This document shows positions 1 to 12,826 of a stretch of DNA of 64,000 bases, piece by piece. Each line of letters opens with the position of its first letter. Within the stretch, counting starts at the first letter, position 1. Source of the stretch: Lama guanicoe (lineage: Eukaryota); assembly GCA_013239625.1 (NCBI GenBank), contig MU054166.1, positions 281,035 to 345,034 of the forward strand, in the 5' to 3' direction. The notes beneath the pieces were generated by a model. It was not told the DNA's origin. It saw only the letters and a program-made list of their open reading frames with translations, and did no database searches. Made by a program: the position numbers and the translations under genes.

Positions 1-907
1 CGTTCCAGCCCAAAAATTGGCAGGCCATCAGCCCCTTAGGGTGCTGGTCTCTCCAATGCTATGTGCCCTGTCACTGGTCTGGGCCAAAACCCAGCTCCTT
101 GTTTGCCTTGGCAGAGTAAGTTCTCTGAGAAAAAAGGACAGTAAGATCTTATCAGCCTCTGGCTGTAGACAAGTCCCCATCTGGCTCTTGATGCTGCTAA
201 GTCCTTAGGAGTGAATGCAGGTTTTGCTCTCGCTGCTGCCAGGGTGCAAAGCACCAGAGGCTATGGTGGCTGTGTCTGAGCCCCAGCTCTCTTGTCCTAG
301 ATACTTTTGTGGATTTTCAGAGATTCAGAATATACCTTTCCCCTCCCAGGGCTAGTCTGCCCTGTTGTTTAATGGAGGGCCCAGGTTGTTCTGCCCTGTG
401 CACCCACAACAATGGCACACAGCCTGCTCCATTCCCCTGGGCTGCCTCAGTGCAACCATCCTCATCTTCCAACCAGATCGGGCAGCATGACCCTGCCCCA
501 GCTGCCAGGATGCCTCTTGGGCTGGGTGTCACAGGGATCATTTGTGCCTGTTTAACTTATTACTGTCACTCAACTTATACTCTATAGGGTTCCAATTATT
601 GAAGGCTTCCCCATCATCCTGCTGAACTCGCAGTTGTAGAGGGGAGACGCACTGAATGAGCACAAGGCCTTCTTTGGTGCTCCCTCCCTGTGGGACCTGT
701 CCCAATCTGTTTTGTCTTTTAGTCTTTCTTTCTTCATTTTCTTTTAACAGATTATTTGCATTGTTATCTTTTGAAGAGGACAATGTACTATCAGAGTTCT
801 GCAGTTTCTCTGGTTAGCTGAGTAGGTCTATGGATATGAGTCTTGGTACATTTGTGGGAAAGGGTGAGCTACGAACATCCTTCTGCTCCACCATCTTCGT
901 TTCCCCC
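1..907 (-). mobile_element. LINE-1 5'UTR (5' end of the equivalent L1 in the preceding unit)
   Basis: GC-richer segment paralogous to 34870-35776. Its minus strand starts GGGGGAAACGAAGATGGTGGAGCAGAAGG, like the L1 start motif GGAGG...AAGATGGCGGAG. Confidence 0.85.
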
Positions 908-909
908 AC

Positions 910-3900
910 AAAAAGTCTCACTTTATTGGTGGAAGATAAACACAACCAGTAAATAGATGGAAAAGATGTTTCATGGAAATGACAAGAAAGTGCAGTTTGC
1001 AATGATCAACTCATACAAAATACATTTTAAAATAAGGGCCACAATGAAAGATAANNNNNNNNNNNNNNNNNNNNNNNNNNNNNNNNNNNNNNGTAAATAG
1101 ATGAAAAGATGTTTCATGGAAATGACAAGAAAGTGCAGTTTGCAATGATCAACTCATACAAAATACATTTTAAAATAAGGGCCACAATGAAAGATAAATA
1201 TGAGATTATGTAAAGAAGATGAGATCAATATAAAAATAGAGTATTACACTCATTAAAATATATATGGACCCAACAACATAGATCCTAAGTATAAAAAGAA
1301 ATAATAGTAGACATGAAGGAATTAATTCATTATAAAAAAATAATAGTAGATTAGTTTAACACCTCACTATTCTGATGGCCATATCATCCTGAAAGAATAT
1401 CTGTAAGGAAACAGAGGTTTTAATGACATATTAGATCATTTGAACCTAACTGAGTTATTGGACACTGCAACAGAAAAGGAGAATATATAAACTTCTCAAG
1501 TGTGCACAGGATTTTATCTAAGGAATTAACCACATATTATGTCATGAAATGAGCCTCAGGAACTTTAAGCAAATACAGATTACAGCAAGTATTTTTCCAT
1601 ACCCAAAATTATGAAACTATCCATCAACTCTTGAAAGAAGAACAGGAAATGCACAAACATGAGATTAAACCTCATCCTGTAAAAAAATAAAATAAAACAA
1701 GTTCAATGATGAAATCAAAGAGGTAATAAAATCATACATGGAGACAAATTACAATGAAAACACAGCTTCATCAAATGTATGGGATGCAGTAAAGGGAAAT
1801 ATAAGAGGGAAGTTTACAACAATTGAGGCCTTCTACAAGGAAAAAGAAAAATCTCACACAAAGCACAAAGCTTATCACCCAAAATAACTTGGTATAAGAA
1901 CAAACAATATGCAACAGCAGTAGAATGATAAATCTTTAATGATTATGTTGAAACTAAATAAAATAAAAATTAAAAATTAAATAAAAATTCATAAAATCAA
2001 AAGCTTTTTTTTCTTAAAAATATTAACAAATTGATAAGCATTTAGCCAGGCTAATCAAGAAAAACAGGGTCAACCCATACAAAATAAGAAATGAAATATT
2101 AGAAATAGTTTCTGATTGTACAGAAATGCAAACAAAGATTATGTAAGCACTCTGAGCAGTTACATGACAACCAACTGGAAGACTTTATAGAAATGGACAA
2201 ATTTCTTGAAACATACAGCCGGGCAACACTGAATAAAAATAAAACTGAAAACTTGAAAAGAGCAATCACTATAATTTAATTAATATTTATAGTCTTAAAA
2301 ACACCCCTTGAACAAAATGCCTGGAAGCCTTCACTAAAACCTATTTCCAATCATCTATTTCAAAAAATGTATTAGGAAGGAAAATTCCCGAAGTTATTCT
2401 ATGAGGCCACCAATACCATGATAACAAAACCAGTCAAAGACACTACCAAAGAAAAGAAATGAAAATGTAAAGCCAATATCCTTGATGAATATACATTAAA
2501 AAACCCCAACAGAACATCAACAAATTAATCCAGCAATTCATAAAAAGGATTATAAATGATGATCAGTTNNNNNNNNNNNNNNNNNNNNNNNNNNNNNNNN
2601 NNNNNNNNNNNNNNNNNNNNNNNNNNNNNNNNNNNNNNNNNNNNNNNNNNNNNNNNNNNNNNNNNNNNNNNNNNNNNNNNNNNTTTAAACAAATTCAACA
2701 TACATTCATGATCAAAACTCTCCTGAAATAGAGTATAATGGGAATATCTCTCAACATACTAAAGGCCATTTATAACAATTTATAATACTTAGGGGAAATG
2801 CTGAAAGCCTTCTGGGTAAATTTGGGAACAAGACAAGGATTCCTACTCTCAGCACTTCTGTTCCATAATAAAAGAAGAAAGGAAAAAGGGACAAAAAGAA
2901 GAAAAAGAAATGCAAAATTGAAAGAAAGAGGCAAAAATGGCACCAGTACTGATGTCATAACAATCTACATAGAGTACTAAGGGCTCAACACAGACTAATA
3001 TCAACAATAAATAATTTCAAAAAGGGAGCAGAGTGCAAGATTTATGTAAAGTTGTCTCTTGCATTTCCACACATTAATCATAAGATACTCTAAAATGGAC
3101 GTAGAAAGCAATATTATTTAAAATCCCATACCCCTGAATACCTTGGAATAAATGTAACCACTTAAATGAAAGGTCTAAACAATGAAAATAAAAAAAACAT
3201 TGACAAAGAAATTAAAAATGTTTCAAACAAGTTGAAAGATGTCTTGTGCTTTGGTTTGAAGGAGTTAATATTGTTAACATGGCCAAACTACACAAAGAAA
3301 CCTATAGATTTAGTGCAATTCCTGTTATGAAGCTGTAGTATTTTCCACATAACTTGAAAATCAATAACTCTAAGTTCTACATGAAACCATTAAAAATTGT
3401 CAAAATGATACTGAGAAAGAACAACAAATATGGGGTATAAACCCCCCGGATTCTTTACTATACTACAAAGCTACAGTAATAAAAACAGCACGGCATTGGC
3501 ACTGAGATATAATCAATAAAATCAGATAGAGAGCCTAGAAATAATTCTACACACCTGTGAGCAATGAATCAATGATAAAAGAGGCAAGAGAACACAATGG
3601 AAAAAGACAGTCTTGTTAATGGATGGTATTTGGAAAGCTGAACATCTACATGTAAAACAGTGAAATGAGAGCATTCCCTGATATCATATACAAAAATAAA
3701 TTCCAAGTGTATTAAGGACCTAAATGTAAGACTTGATACTATAAAACTGCTAGAAGGGTATATAGGTGATACAATATTGGATATATATCATAGGAATAAT
3801 TTCTTGTATCACTCTCCTAAGGCAAAGAAATAAAAGCAAAAATAAACAAGTGAGACATAAATAAACTTGAAAGTTTCTGCACAGCTAAGGATACTTTGAA

Positions 3901-5180
3901 TGAAATGAAAACACTGCCTGTGTAATTGGAGAACATATTTGCAAACAATGCAAGTGACCAAGGGATAATAGATGTAAGTTAATAAATGTAACATGGATTT
4001 AGGTTACACAACTCAATATGAAAAACAAAAACCCAATCAAAAAAAGAGCAGAGTACCTGAGTTAATATTTTTCCAAAGAAAACATACAGATGAGTAACAG
4101 GCAAGTGATAAAAATGTTCAACATTACTAATTATTAGATAATAGAAGTTCAAAACCACAATGAGTTATCACTTCACACTGGTCAAATGGCTGTTATCAAA
4201 AAGTCTACAAATAGAAACTGTTGGAGATGATGTGGAGGGAACAAATGTGTTGTATACTCTTGGTAGCAATGTAAATTGGTACAATTTCTATGGAAAACAG
4301 TATTCAGATTTGTTTAAAAACTAAAACAGGACTACCATATGAAACAGTAATATCTGACCTAGGAAAAATCTGAGTAAAACCCTAAATTGAGAANNNNNNN
4401 NNNNNNNNNNNNNNNNNNNNNNNNNNNNNNNNNNNNNNNNNNNNNNNNNNNNNNNNNNNNNNNNNNNNNNNNNNNNNNNNNNNNNNNNNNNNNNNNNNNN
4501 NNNNNNNNNNNNNNNNNNNNNNNNNNNNNNNNNNNNNNNNNNNNNNNNNNNNNNNNNNNNNNNNNNNNNNNNNNNNNNNNNNNNNNNNNNNNNNNNNNNN
4601 NNNNNNNNNNNNNNNNNNNNNNNNNNNNNNNNNNNNNNNNNNNNNNNNNNNNNNNNNNNNNNNNNNNNNNNNNNNNNNNNNNNNNNNNNNNNNNNNNNNN
4701 NNNNNNNNNNNNNNNNNNNNNNNNNNNNNNNNNNNNNNNNNNNNNNNNNNNNNNNNNNNNNNNNNNNNNNNNNNNNNNNNNNNNNNNNNNNNNGATAGAT
4801 AGAGAGATAGATACATAGATAGATATATAAATAGATAGATAGATTGATAGAGACATGGTAGAGAGATAGAGAGATTAGTTAGACAAGACTGAAGCAGACT
4901 GAAAGATATGGGAAAAAATTTATGTTTACCAAAGAGGAAGGGAAAGACAACTTAATGGTATGACGCTGACAGGTAAAAAGTAGTATATATAAACAGCTAA
5001 GCAACAAGGATAATCTGTATAGAAAAGGGAATAACACACAATAACATAATAATTTTATGATACAATAATTGTAATAATTTTTAATGCAATATAATCTAAA
5101 ATGCGGTTGGAATCACTATGCTGTACATCTGAAACTACACATTATAGTACATCTAATGTACTTCAATTAGAAATAAAACA
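910..5180 (+). mobile_element. 5'-truncated decayed LINE-1 (ORF2 endonuclease to RT to 3'UTR), interrupted by N gaps
   Basis: A-rich plus strand with degenerate ORF2 motifs (GTRQGFLLS, tactacaaagctacagtaat, ttattctatgaggccacc). L1 3'UTR ends in aataaaa near 5175. Confidence 0.88.
4794..4852 (+). repeat. (GATA)n-like microsatellite next to an assembly gap
   Basis: gatagatagagagatagatacatagatagat... Confidence 0.8.
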
Positions 5181-5199
5181 TCTCATGTAAAATTTAGTC

Positions 5200-7200
5200 C
5201 TTTTTCCGCTGATAGCATCTTCCTTATTATTGTTTTATTTTTACTCTTTACATTCTATGATTACTGACTCAAATTATTTCTCTTTCTGTTGTAAACATGT
5301 TACCAATTTGATGTACCTATATTTATTGCAAGTGAATTACTATTTTTATCTCCTTAATTCATATAGAATAGTAGCATTTAAAAACATACCCAAAGAAACT
5401 GTTGCAACCTTCTCGTGGTCTCTGCTTAGTATTTTGATCAANNNNNNNNNNNNNNNNNNNNNNNNNNNNNTATTTTCTTAGCTCTTTTCTGAACCTCATT
5501 TATGCTGTCTCAGTTTTTTTTTTTACATCTCATTCAGGTTTCTTTGTCTGGTAAAGACTTTATTTTCACTTTTCATCTAAGTGATAACTGTGCATGGTAG
5601 AGTATTCTTGGGTGAGAGATTTATTTCAGTAGTTTGAAAATGTCATTTTAATTACCCTTGTTGTATGTTTTCTGCTCAGCAATCTGCTGATAACCTAATG
5701 TGGTTTCCTATGAAGATCAACATACCATTTTTTGGCTGCTGTTAAAATTTTACTCTGGCATTGACTTCCCAAATTGCATATGACGTATCTTGAAGGAGGT
5801 CTCATTGTCTTAAATTTATTGGTGTTTTGTTGGCTCACAGAAATCTATATCAGTTCCTTACCCAGATTCAGGAAGTTATCAACTATTACAACTTTAATAA
5901 ACCATCAGCTGCCTTCTAAATTTCTTCTCCCTCCAGGATTTCACTCTAATGTGCACTTCCTGAAGAACTCTGATGGCTATTGTAGAATTTCCTCACTTTT
6001 TAATATCTTGCATCTCTTCTCTCTCCTATCATGTCTTGTTTTGTATTGGTGAGTTTGCAAATCTCTCTTCCACAAGACAGTCTTCTTCCAATGCTTTCTG
6101 TTGTATTCTTCATATCATTTATTAGGTTCATCTGGTCCTCCAATAATGTTTAGTTTTTTCATAGTTTCAGTTTCTTAGATAATGTATACCTTATCATCAT
6201 TTATTTTATTCCTGAGCTCACTAAACTGCTTTCTGAGTTTTGTTTCTTGTATTGAATGTCTGTATGACATCTCTTTGGATTCTGTATTAGTTATATGGCA
6301 ATATTCCATGACGTTAAGATTGTTTGCTGCAGGGTTGATATTGTGTGTGTGTGTGCATGTGTGTGTGTACATTTGCCTGTGCATGTGTGTCTGTGTCTGT
6401 GTTGGTGTCTGTGTGTGTGTATCTGTGTGTGTGCGTGCCCTTTGATGTTACTGTGATTCGTCATGATCCTGGTAATTTATTGCTCTGATGACACTAAAAA
6501 ACAGATTGGGATTTGGAGTCCTTGCTTTTGTTTTCTGGTAGTTTGCAATATTGCACAATATTTGGTTTTACTTACCTGAGCTACCTCTGATAATATTTCA
6601 AAATGGCACTTTCCAGTCGCTACTGTCTGGATAAAAGATTGCTTACATTGTCACTTCTTAGACAAATCTTGTAGTTAATGCCACTTTTGTCACTGGGCCG
6701 GTGAACCCTTCCTTTTATCTGATATCCCTTAAGACTCAGTGTACACATTGAGGAAAGGTGTAAAAACAGGTGGGTAGTTGGGATCAGGCAAGTGCCTTTG
6801 CCATGTCCAGTGTTGCAAGGTACGTTTTCTCCACCACTGTGAATGGGAAGTAGGGAGATTGTCATGAATGTCTAAGTGTCAAAATGTTGGAAATTCTGTC
6901 TGAATTTTGGTTCCCTCCTAGTTACCTGTGACCATGGATACTGGTGCAGTTGGAGGCTGAAGCTCTGTGAACCACAGAGACCCTGTTTCTACTGGGTAAT
7001 CTGAAACTGTGGGCTCAGGTACCCTATTAAGTCGGCCAAGGTCGCAGGCACCAACTCTGCTTTTCCCTCAGGTCAGCCACCTTTATGTGTTTTAGCCCAC
7101 CCAACTTCAGCTGCACACACTTGTTCTGGAGTATTGTTTTGTGTTGTAGTTATTTTGTTCAGATGTGAAAATTTCACTGACTGTAGATTTAAGGGGAGAG
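5200..7200 (-). mobile_element. Old LINE-1 fragment (ORF1/5' region)
   Basis: T-rich plus strand with antisense ORF1 C-terminal hallmarks (aatctgctgataacctaatg, ccagattcaggaagttatcaactatt). Boundaries approximate. Confidence 0.6.
6342..6436 (+). repeat. Interrupted (TG)n microsatellite
   Basis: Direct reading; paralog at 40952-41058. Confidence 0.9.
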
Positions 7201-7479
7201 ACAGAAATAGTTTAAACTTAAGTCACTTTTTCCAAAGTCTTAACTTGTTCATTTAAAAGCTTAAATTCTACTAAGGACATTATAAGAACAGTAAAGAAAG
7301 TGAATAAATCAGCTCCCTTAATATCAGAGTACTTCAAAATATTTTACTTCAAAATAATTTTCCTGGGTTCTTTTCTTCAAAGTTTTTCCCACATGCATGC
7401 ACATTTTAGTATAATATATGCCTGTAATCTCTTTAAAATCATTTAAATTATGAAAATATTTTTCTGTGCTGTAAATATA

Positions 7480-8990
7480 GCACTGTTGGTTCTATAATTT
7501 GTAAGTAGTAACTTGCATATGTCTGTCTTCACCATCCTCCTTCCGTGTCCCCAGAGGAAACCACTACTTGGTACACTAAACTTATATATGTGATTCTGTT
7601 TCTGTTTTTTCTCTTATATATTTAGATTCCTCATGAAAGTGGTAACGTAGATTGTTTTTCTCTGTATGACTTATTTTGCTATGTGCAACAGTATCTGGCT
7701 CCAGTCACATTGTACCAAATGGTAGAATTTTATTTTTTGTTATGACAATGACTAAGTATTTATTATGTTATCTATATCTCACATCTACTTCAGCCAGTCA
7801 TCTGTTGATGGGCAGTTGATTTGTGCTTCTAACCTTGGCTATTATAAATGATGATGTTAAGAACTTTGGGGGTAATATATCCTTTAAAATTAATGTTTTC
7901 ATTTTTTTCAGACTTATAACAAAAACTGGAATTGCTGCAACATATAATTTTTCTATTTCTAGTTTTCTTTGCACTGTCCACACTCTTATAATAGTGGATG
8001 CATCAATTTATATTTCCACCAACAGTGTACTAGGGTTCCATTTTATCAACATTCATATTAATGTTTGTCATTTGAAGACTTTTTATTAGCCATTTTGGAT
8101 GCTGTGTGATTATATTTCATTCTGGTTTTGATTTATGTTTTCCTAATGAATAGCAATGTTATGTTTCTTTTCATGGGCATGAAAATCATCCACATGTCTG
8201 TTTTTGAAAAGTTTCTATGAATATCCTTCAACTGTTATTAAGTTGGGGTATTTGATTTTTAAATAATGAATCTAATATGCTATATATACATTATGGATAT
8301 TAACACCTTGTTCATTTCATAGTCTGAAACTCTTCCTTCCATTCTATGTGTTGTCATAAGTCTTGCTGAAGGTTTCCTTTGCTCTGCAAAAGATTTTGCA
8401 TTTCACACTTATATAAGAAGTGGAATCACTGTATCACATTGTACATCTATTTATTCCTCAGTATAATTAAAAATGGTTATTGTTAGTTTTCCCTTTTTTT
8501 ACTTAGGAGATACATCAAAAATAAATATTGCTATGATTTATTACAAAAGCAGTTCTGGTCGTGTTCTTGTTCAGAAATTGAATAGTTTCTGGTTTTACAT
8601 TTAAGAAATTAATCCATTTCTTTTTTATTTTGTATACTATGTAAGGAAGTGCTCTTACATCTACATTTTACATGTAATGTCCAGTTTTCCCAGAACTACT
8701 TGTTGAAGAGACTGCCTTTTTTCCATTCTATACTCTTGCCCCCTGCATTGTAGACTAATTGACCTTATGTGTGTGGGTTTATTTAAGGACTATTTATTTT
8801 GTTCCATTGATCTATGTGACTCTTTTAGTGATTTATTTTGATGTTTTTATTACTGTAGCTTTGTATTATGTTCTAAAGTCAGGGAGGATAATGCCCACAG
8901 CTTTGTTTATTTTTCAAAGATAATTTTAGAAAATTGGGGTCTTGCAGAATTTAGTATAAATGTTATTATTTTTCTCCTTGTTTTGTGAAG
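7480..8990 (-). mobile_element. LINE-1 3' portion (ORF2 C-terminus and 3'UTR)
   Basis: Antisense L1 hallmarks: ttggctattataaat, tccagttttcccagaactacttgttgaagagactg, tactgtagctttgta. Confidence 0.8.
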
Positions 8991-9009
8991 AAACATATGG
9001 ATTCTGAGA

Positions 9010-12000
9010 GAACAGAAATTTACTAAAATAAGAAAACCTGAGAAAAATTGTAAAATGTGGAGGATAAATCATGCAATATTTAACAACCAATGAATTGCTG
9101 CATAAATCAAAGAAAAAATACATAAATAAATATAACAAGAAAAACAAAGTCCATTTGATATAGCAAAAGCAGTATTAATAGGGATGCTTATAGCTAAACA
9201 ATAACAATTATACATATAAGAAACATCTCTCTCATAACATAATCTTACAAACAAAAGATGTAGCAAAGTAATAAACAAACTTGTTAGTAGAAAGAAAGAC
9301 AGCTGAAAAGTCGGAACATAAATACATAAAATAAAGATTAAAAATAGAAACATCTAAACAAACTATATAATGGCCTTTGAAAGATAAATAAAACTGATAA
9401 ACTTTAACGAGACTCATTAGCAAAAAAGAGACTACAGATTAAAAACCTCCAAAATAAATGTGAAGTTGCAGCTTATTTCAAAGTAACACAAAGCATCATA
9501 AGATGATACAACAAATTATATGCCAATTAAAATGGAATCCCTAGAAGAAATAGACAATTTCTTAGAAAGACGGAATCTCCAGAATGGAATGAGAAATAGA
9601 AAATATTAACAGATTATCACTAATGAAATTGAATAAGTAATTAAACAAAATCTCCCAAGAAATAAAATTCCAGGCCTAAACAGGTTCACAGGTGACTTCC
9701 GCCAAACTTTTAGAGAAGAGCTATCACCAATATATCTAAGAGAATTCCAAAAATTTGCAGAGGAAAGAAGGCTTCCTACCCCTCATTTCTGTATAACACT
9801 ACTACTAAAACAGGAACAAATGCCTCATAAAATTACAGTTTAAATACTACTGATAAGCATACATGCAAACATCATCAAAAAATTTTAGCAAAGCAAACAA
9901 AACTTTAAAAGGAGTATACAGTATGATTAAGTCCCTTTTATCCCAGGTATGCAAATGTGATTCATCACCCAGAAATTAATCAATATGATACACCAAACTA
10001 ACAAATTGAAAAATAAAAATTATATGGTCACCTCAAAAGGGTCATAAAATGTTTTGACAAATTCATTATCTATTTACGATTATATTTCTCCTCAAAATGT
10101 GTATGAGGAAACGTACCTCAACACATTTAAAGTCACATATGACAAGAACTCATCTAACATGACACTCACTGATTTAAAGCTGAAAGCATCTGCTGTAAGA
10201 GAAGGAAGAAGGCAAGAATGATCACTTTTACCACTGATATTCATTATCGTATTGGAAATTCTAGCCATAGCTATCCAAAATAAAAGTAAATTAAATATAG
10301 CTATTTCAGAAAAGGAATAAAAGAATGTGTTTGCAGATGAAATAATTTAAACTGAAATCTTAAAGGAGACGCCACAACACTACGAGGGCTTTTCAAAGCA
10401 TTTGGTAAAATTTCAGAATGTAAAATTAACATACATAAATCTTGCATTTCTTCACACTAACAACAAGCTAACAGAGAAAGTGAGGGAACTGTCTCATTTA
10501 CAGTTGCATTACAAAAAAAAAAAAAAACCAAGAAATCTATCCAACTAAGGAGGTAAAAGACCTGTACTCAGAAAATTATAAAAGATGTATAACAAAAATT
10601 GAAAATGACGCAAACTGGTAAAAAGATATAATTTGTTCATAGATGAGGAAGAAAATATTATTTAAATGAGAGTACAAGACAAGAAAATACACAAATTAAA
10701 TTCAGTGCCTATCAAAATACAAATGGCATTTTCAGACACTTACAAAAAATAATTATTAAATTTACATGTAGACACAAAAGAGTTGAAACCACTAAAAACA
10801 AAGAAAAGAAAAGAAAAGAAAAGAAAATGAACAAATTAAAACACAGAGAACTTTGACAAAGAACAAAGAGGATGTATCACTGTCCCTGATTTTAAACTAT
10901 AATACAAAGCTACAGTAATGAATATGGTAGTGGCACAGAACAAACAGAAAAATGGAACTCAACAGAATGCCTAAAAATGAAATCAGACAGTTATGGTCAT
11001 TAGGTACATTACAAAAAATGAATATACAGTGGGGGAAAGGTAATCAACAGGCACATAAAAATGGTCAAAATCACTAACCATCAGAAAAAAGCAAGTCCAA
11101 AACACAATGAGATATTATGTCACTCCTGTCAGAATGAATATGATCAAAAAGTTAACAAATATAAATATTGGTGAGGATGTAAGTAAAAGCACCCTGCTGC
11201 ACTACTTGATTGAATGTAAACTTGTGTAGCCACTGTGGAAAACAGAATGGAGTTTTTTCTAAAAATTAAAAATGAAATATGAATCAACATTTCCATATCT
11301 ACATAATTATACCAAGAAAATAAAAACACAAATCAGAAAAGATGAATTCAACCCTATATTCTCTGTGACATCATTTAAAATAGCCAGGCTATAGAAGCAA
11401 AATAATTGCTCATTAATAGATGATGGATAAAGAAGATGTGTGTTTATAGTATATATATCTACCCATGTATTAACTACAGAATTATCTATATTAATATATA
11501 TATACACACCCTAAACATATATACATATGTATATTTATATATATGCACACATATAGATAAAAATACAATGGGTTATTAGTCAGCTCTAAAGAGAATAAGT
11601 TCTTGTCATTTGCAACAAATGGGTAGATCAAGAGGGTAATATGATATGTGAAATAAGTGAGACAGAGAATGACAAATGCACAATGGTTTTACTCATATTT
11701 GGGATTTAAACAAATGAACACAACAAAACAGAAAAGGAGTTATAGACATAGAAAGAAACAGGTTGATCACAAGAAGGAGGGAAATGTGGTGAAGAAAAAT
11801 AAAGAGTTGAGGATAATTAAGGGAGAAAATTTTACAGTTCCAAATTAAATGAGTCAGGGAGAAGAAATGTACTGTGTGGGGAATAGTCAAAAACAATGAA
11901 ATCTATTTAAATAGCAACATATCATAACTAGATTTATTCTTGTGATCAGTTTGAAATGTATTAAATATAGTAAACAGTATGTTATGTAAGAGAAACTAAC

Positions 12001-12420
12001 ACAGAGTTATTGATTAATGTACACTTCAAAAACAAACACACATATAGCAAAAAATTAGATTTGTAGTTAACAGAGGCAGGGATGGGGAAAGGAGAATTTA
12101 ATTAATGCACTCAAAAGCTACAAACCTCCAGCCGTAAAATAATCGTGTTCTAGGGATGCCCTGAAGTAACATGAAAATTACAATTAATACTGTTTTATGT
12201 TCTATATGAATGTTGTTAAGAGAGTAGAACATAAGTTTTCTCATCACAACCAAAATACAAATTGCATTTCTTTAAAATTGTATCTAAATGAGATAATGAA
12301 TTCTCCCTAAAGTTGCTATGATATATATTTCTTGATACTTATAAATCAATACCTATCCTGTGCACCTATACTTACACAGTGTTTTATGCCAATTATATGT
12401 AAATAAAAGCAGAATTAAAA
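9010..12420 (+). mobile_element. Decayed LINE-1 ORF2 with an old L1M-type 3'UTR
   Basis: RT-region motifs (ttatcccaggtatgcaa, tttgcagatga, atacaaagctacagtaat). 3'UTR motifs (ttgttaagagagtaga...ttctcatcac) end in an A-rich tail near 12420. Confidence 0.82.
10800..10826 (+). repeat. (AAAAG)n pentanucleotide repeat
   Basis: Direct reading; paralog at 45419-45452. Confidence 0.85.
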
Positions 12421-12679
12421 ATGGAAAATCAATGGTCATATTTTCCCATGTCATTTTTCATAACTATTTTTGCAGCCAGTAAACTTGAGTCATGATATAC
12501 TTATCCTAGGTAAAGATACTAATAAATATGTGATTCTAATAGATTATACATAAAGATACTAATAAAATTAGTATTTTACCATGCTTAAACTTTCTTCATG
12601 TTAACAGCACACTGCTTCTGTAGGCATCAAAATTTCACTCTGTGAATTCATCTGAGATTAGGGAATGGATACAAATTTA

Positions 12680-12826
12680 AAACTGGCTGCTCTTTCTGTG
12701 AGTGATAAAGTTCACTGTCTCTGACCAATGGTCTCATTTCCCCGACATCATCTGTAAGAAATGAACATGCTTGGTTTCTAAAATTCTCAGCATGGTAAAA
12801 TCTCAGAACTCCTACAATTCTTAACT
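12680..12826 (+). mobile_element. Possible ancient ERV LTR 3'-end remnant
   Basis: gtgataaag...tgtctctgacc...ggtaaaatctcagaac...acaattcttaac resembles LTR U5 ends recalled from memory. Family not assigned. Confidence 0.35.

Noticed and set aside
4359..4856. Long ORFs of 143-165 aa
   Set aside because: Artefacts of translating through a run of Ns.
6182..6445. Cys-Val repeat ORFs (also 40918-41112)
   Set aside because: Translation of a (TG)n microsatellite.
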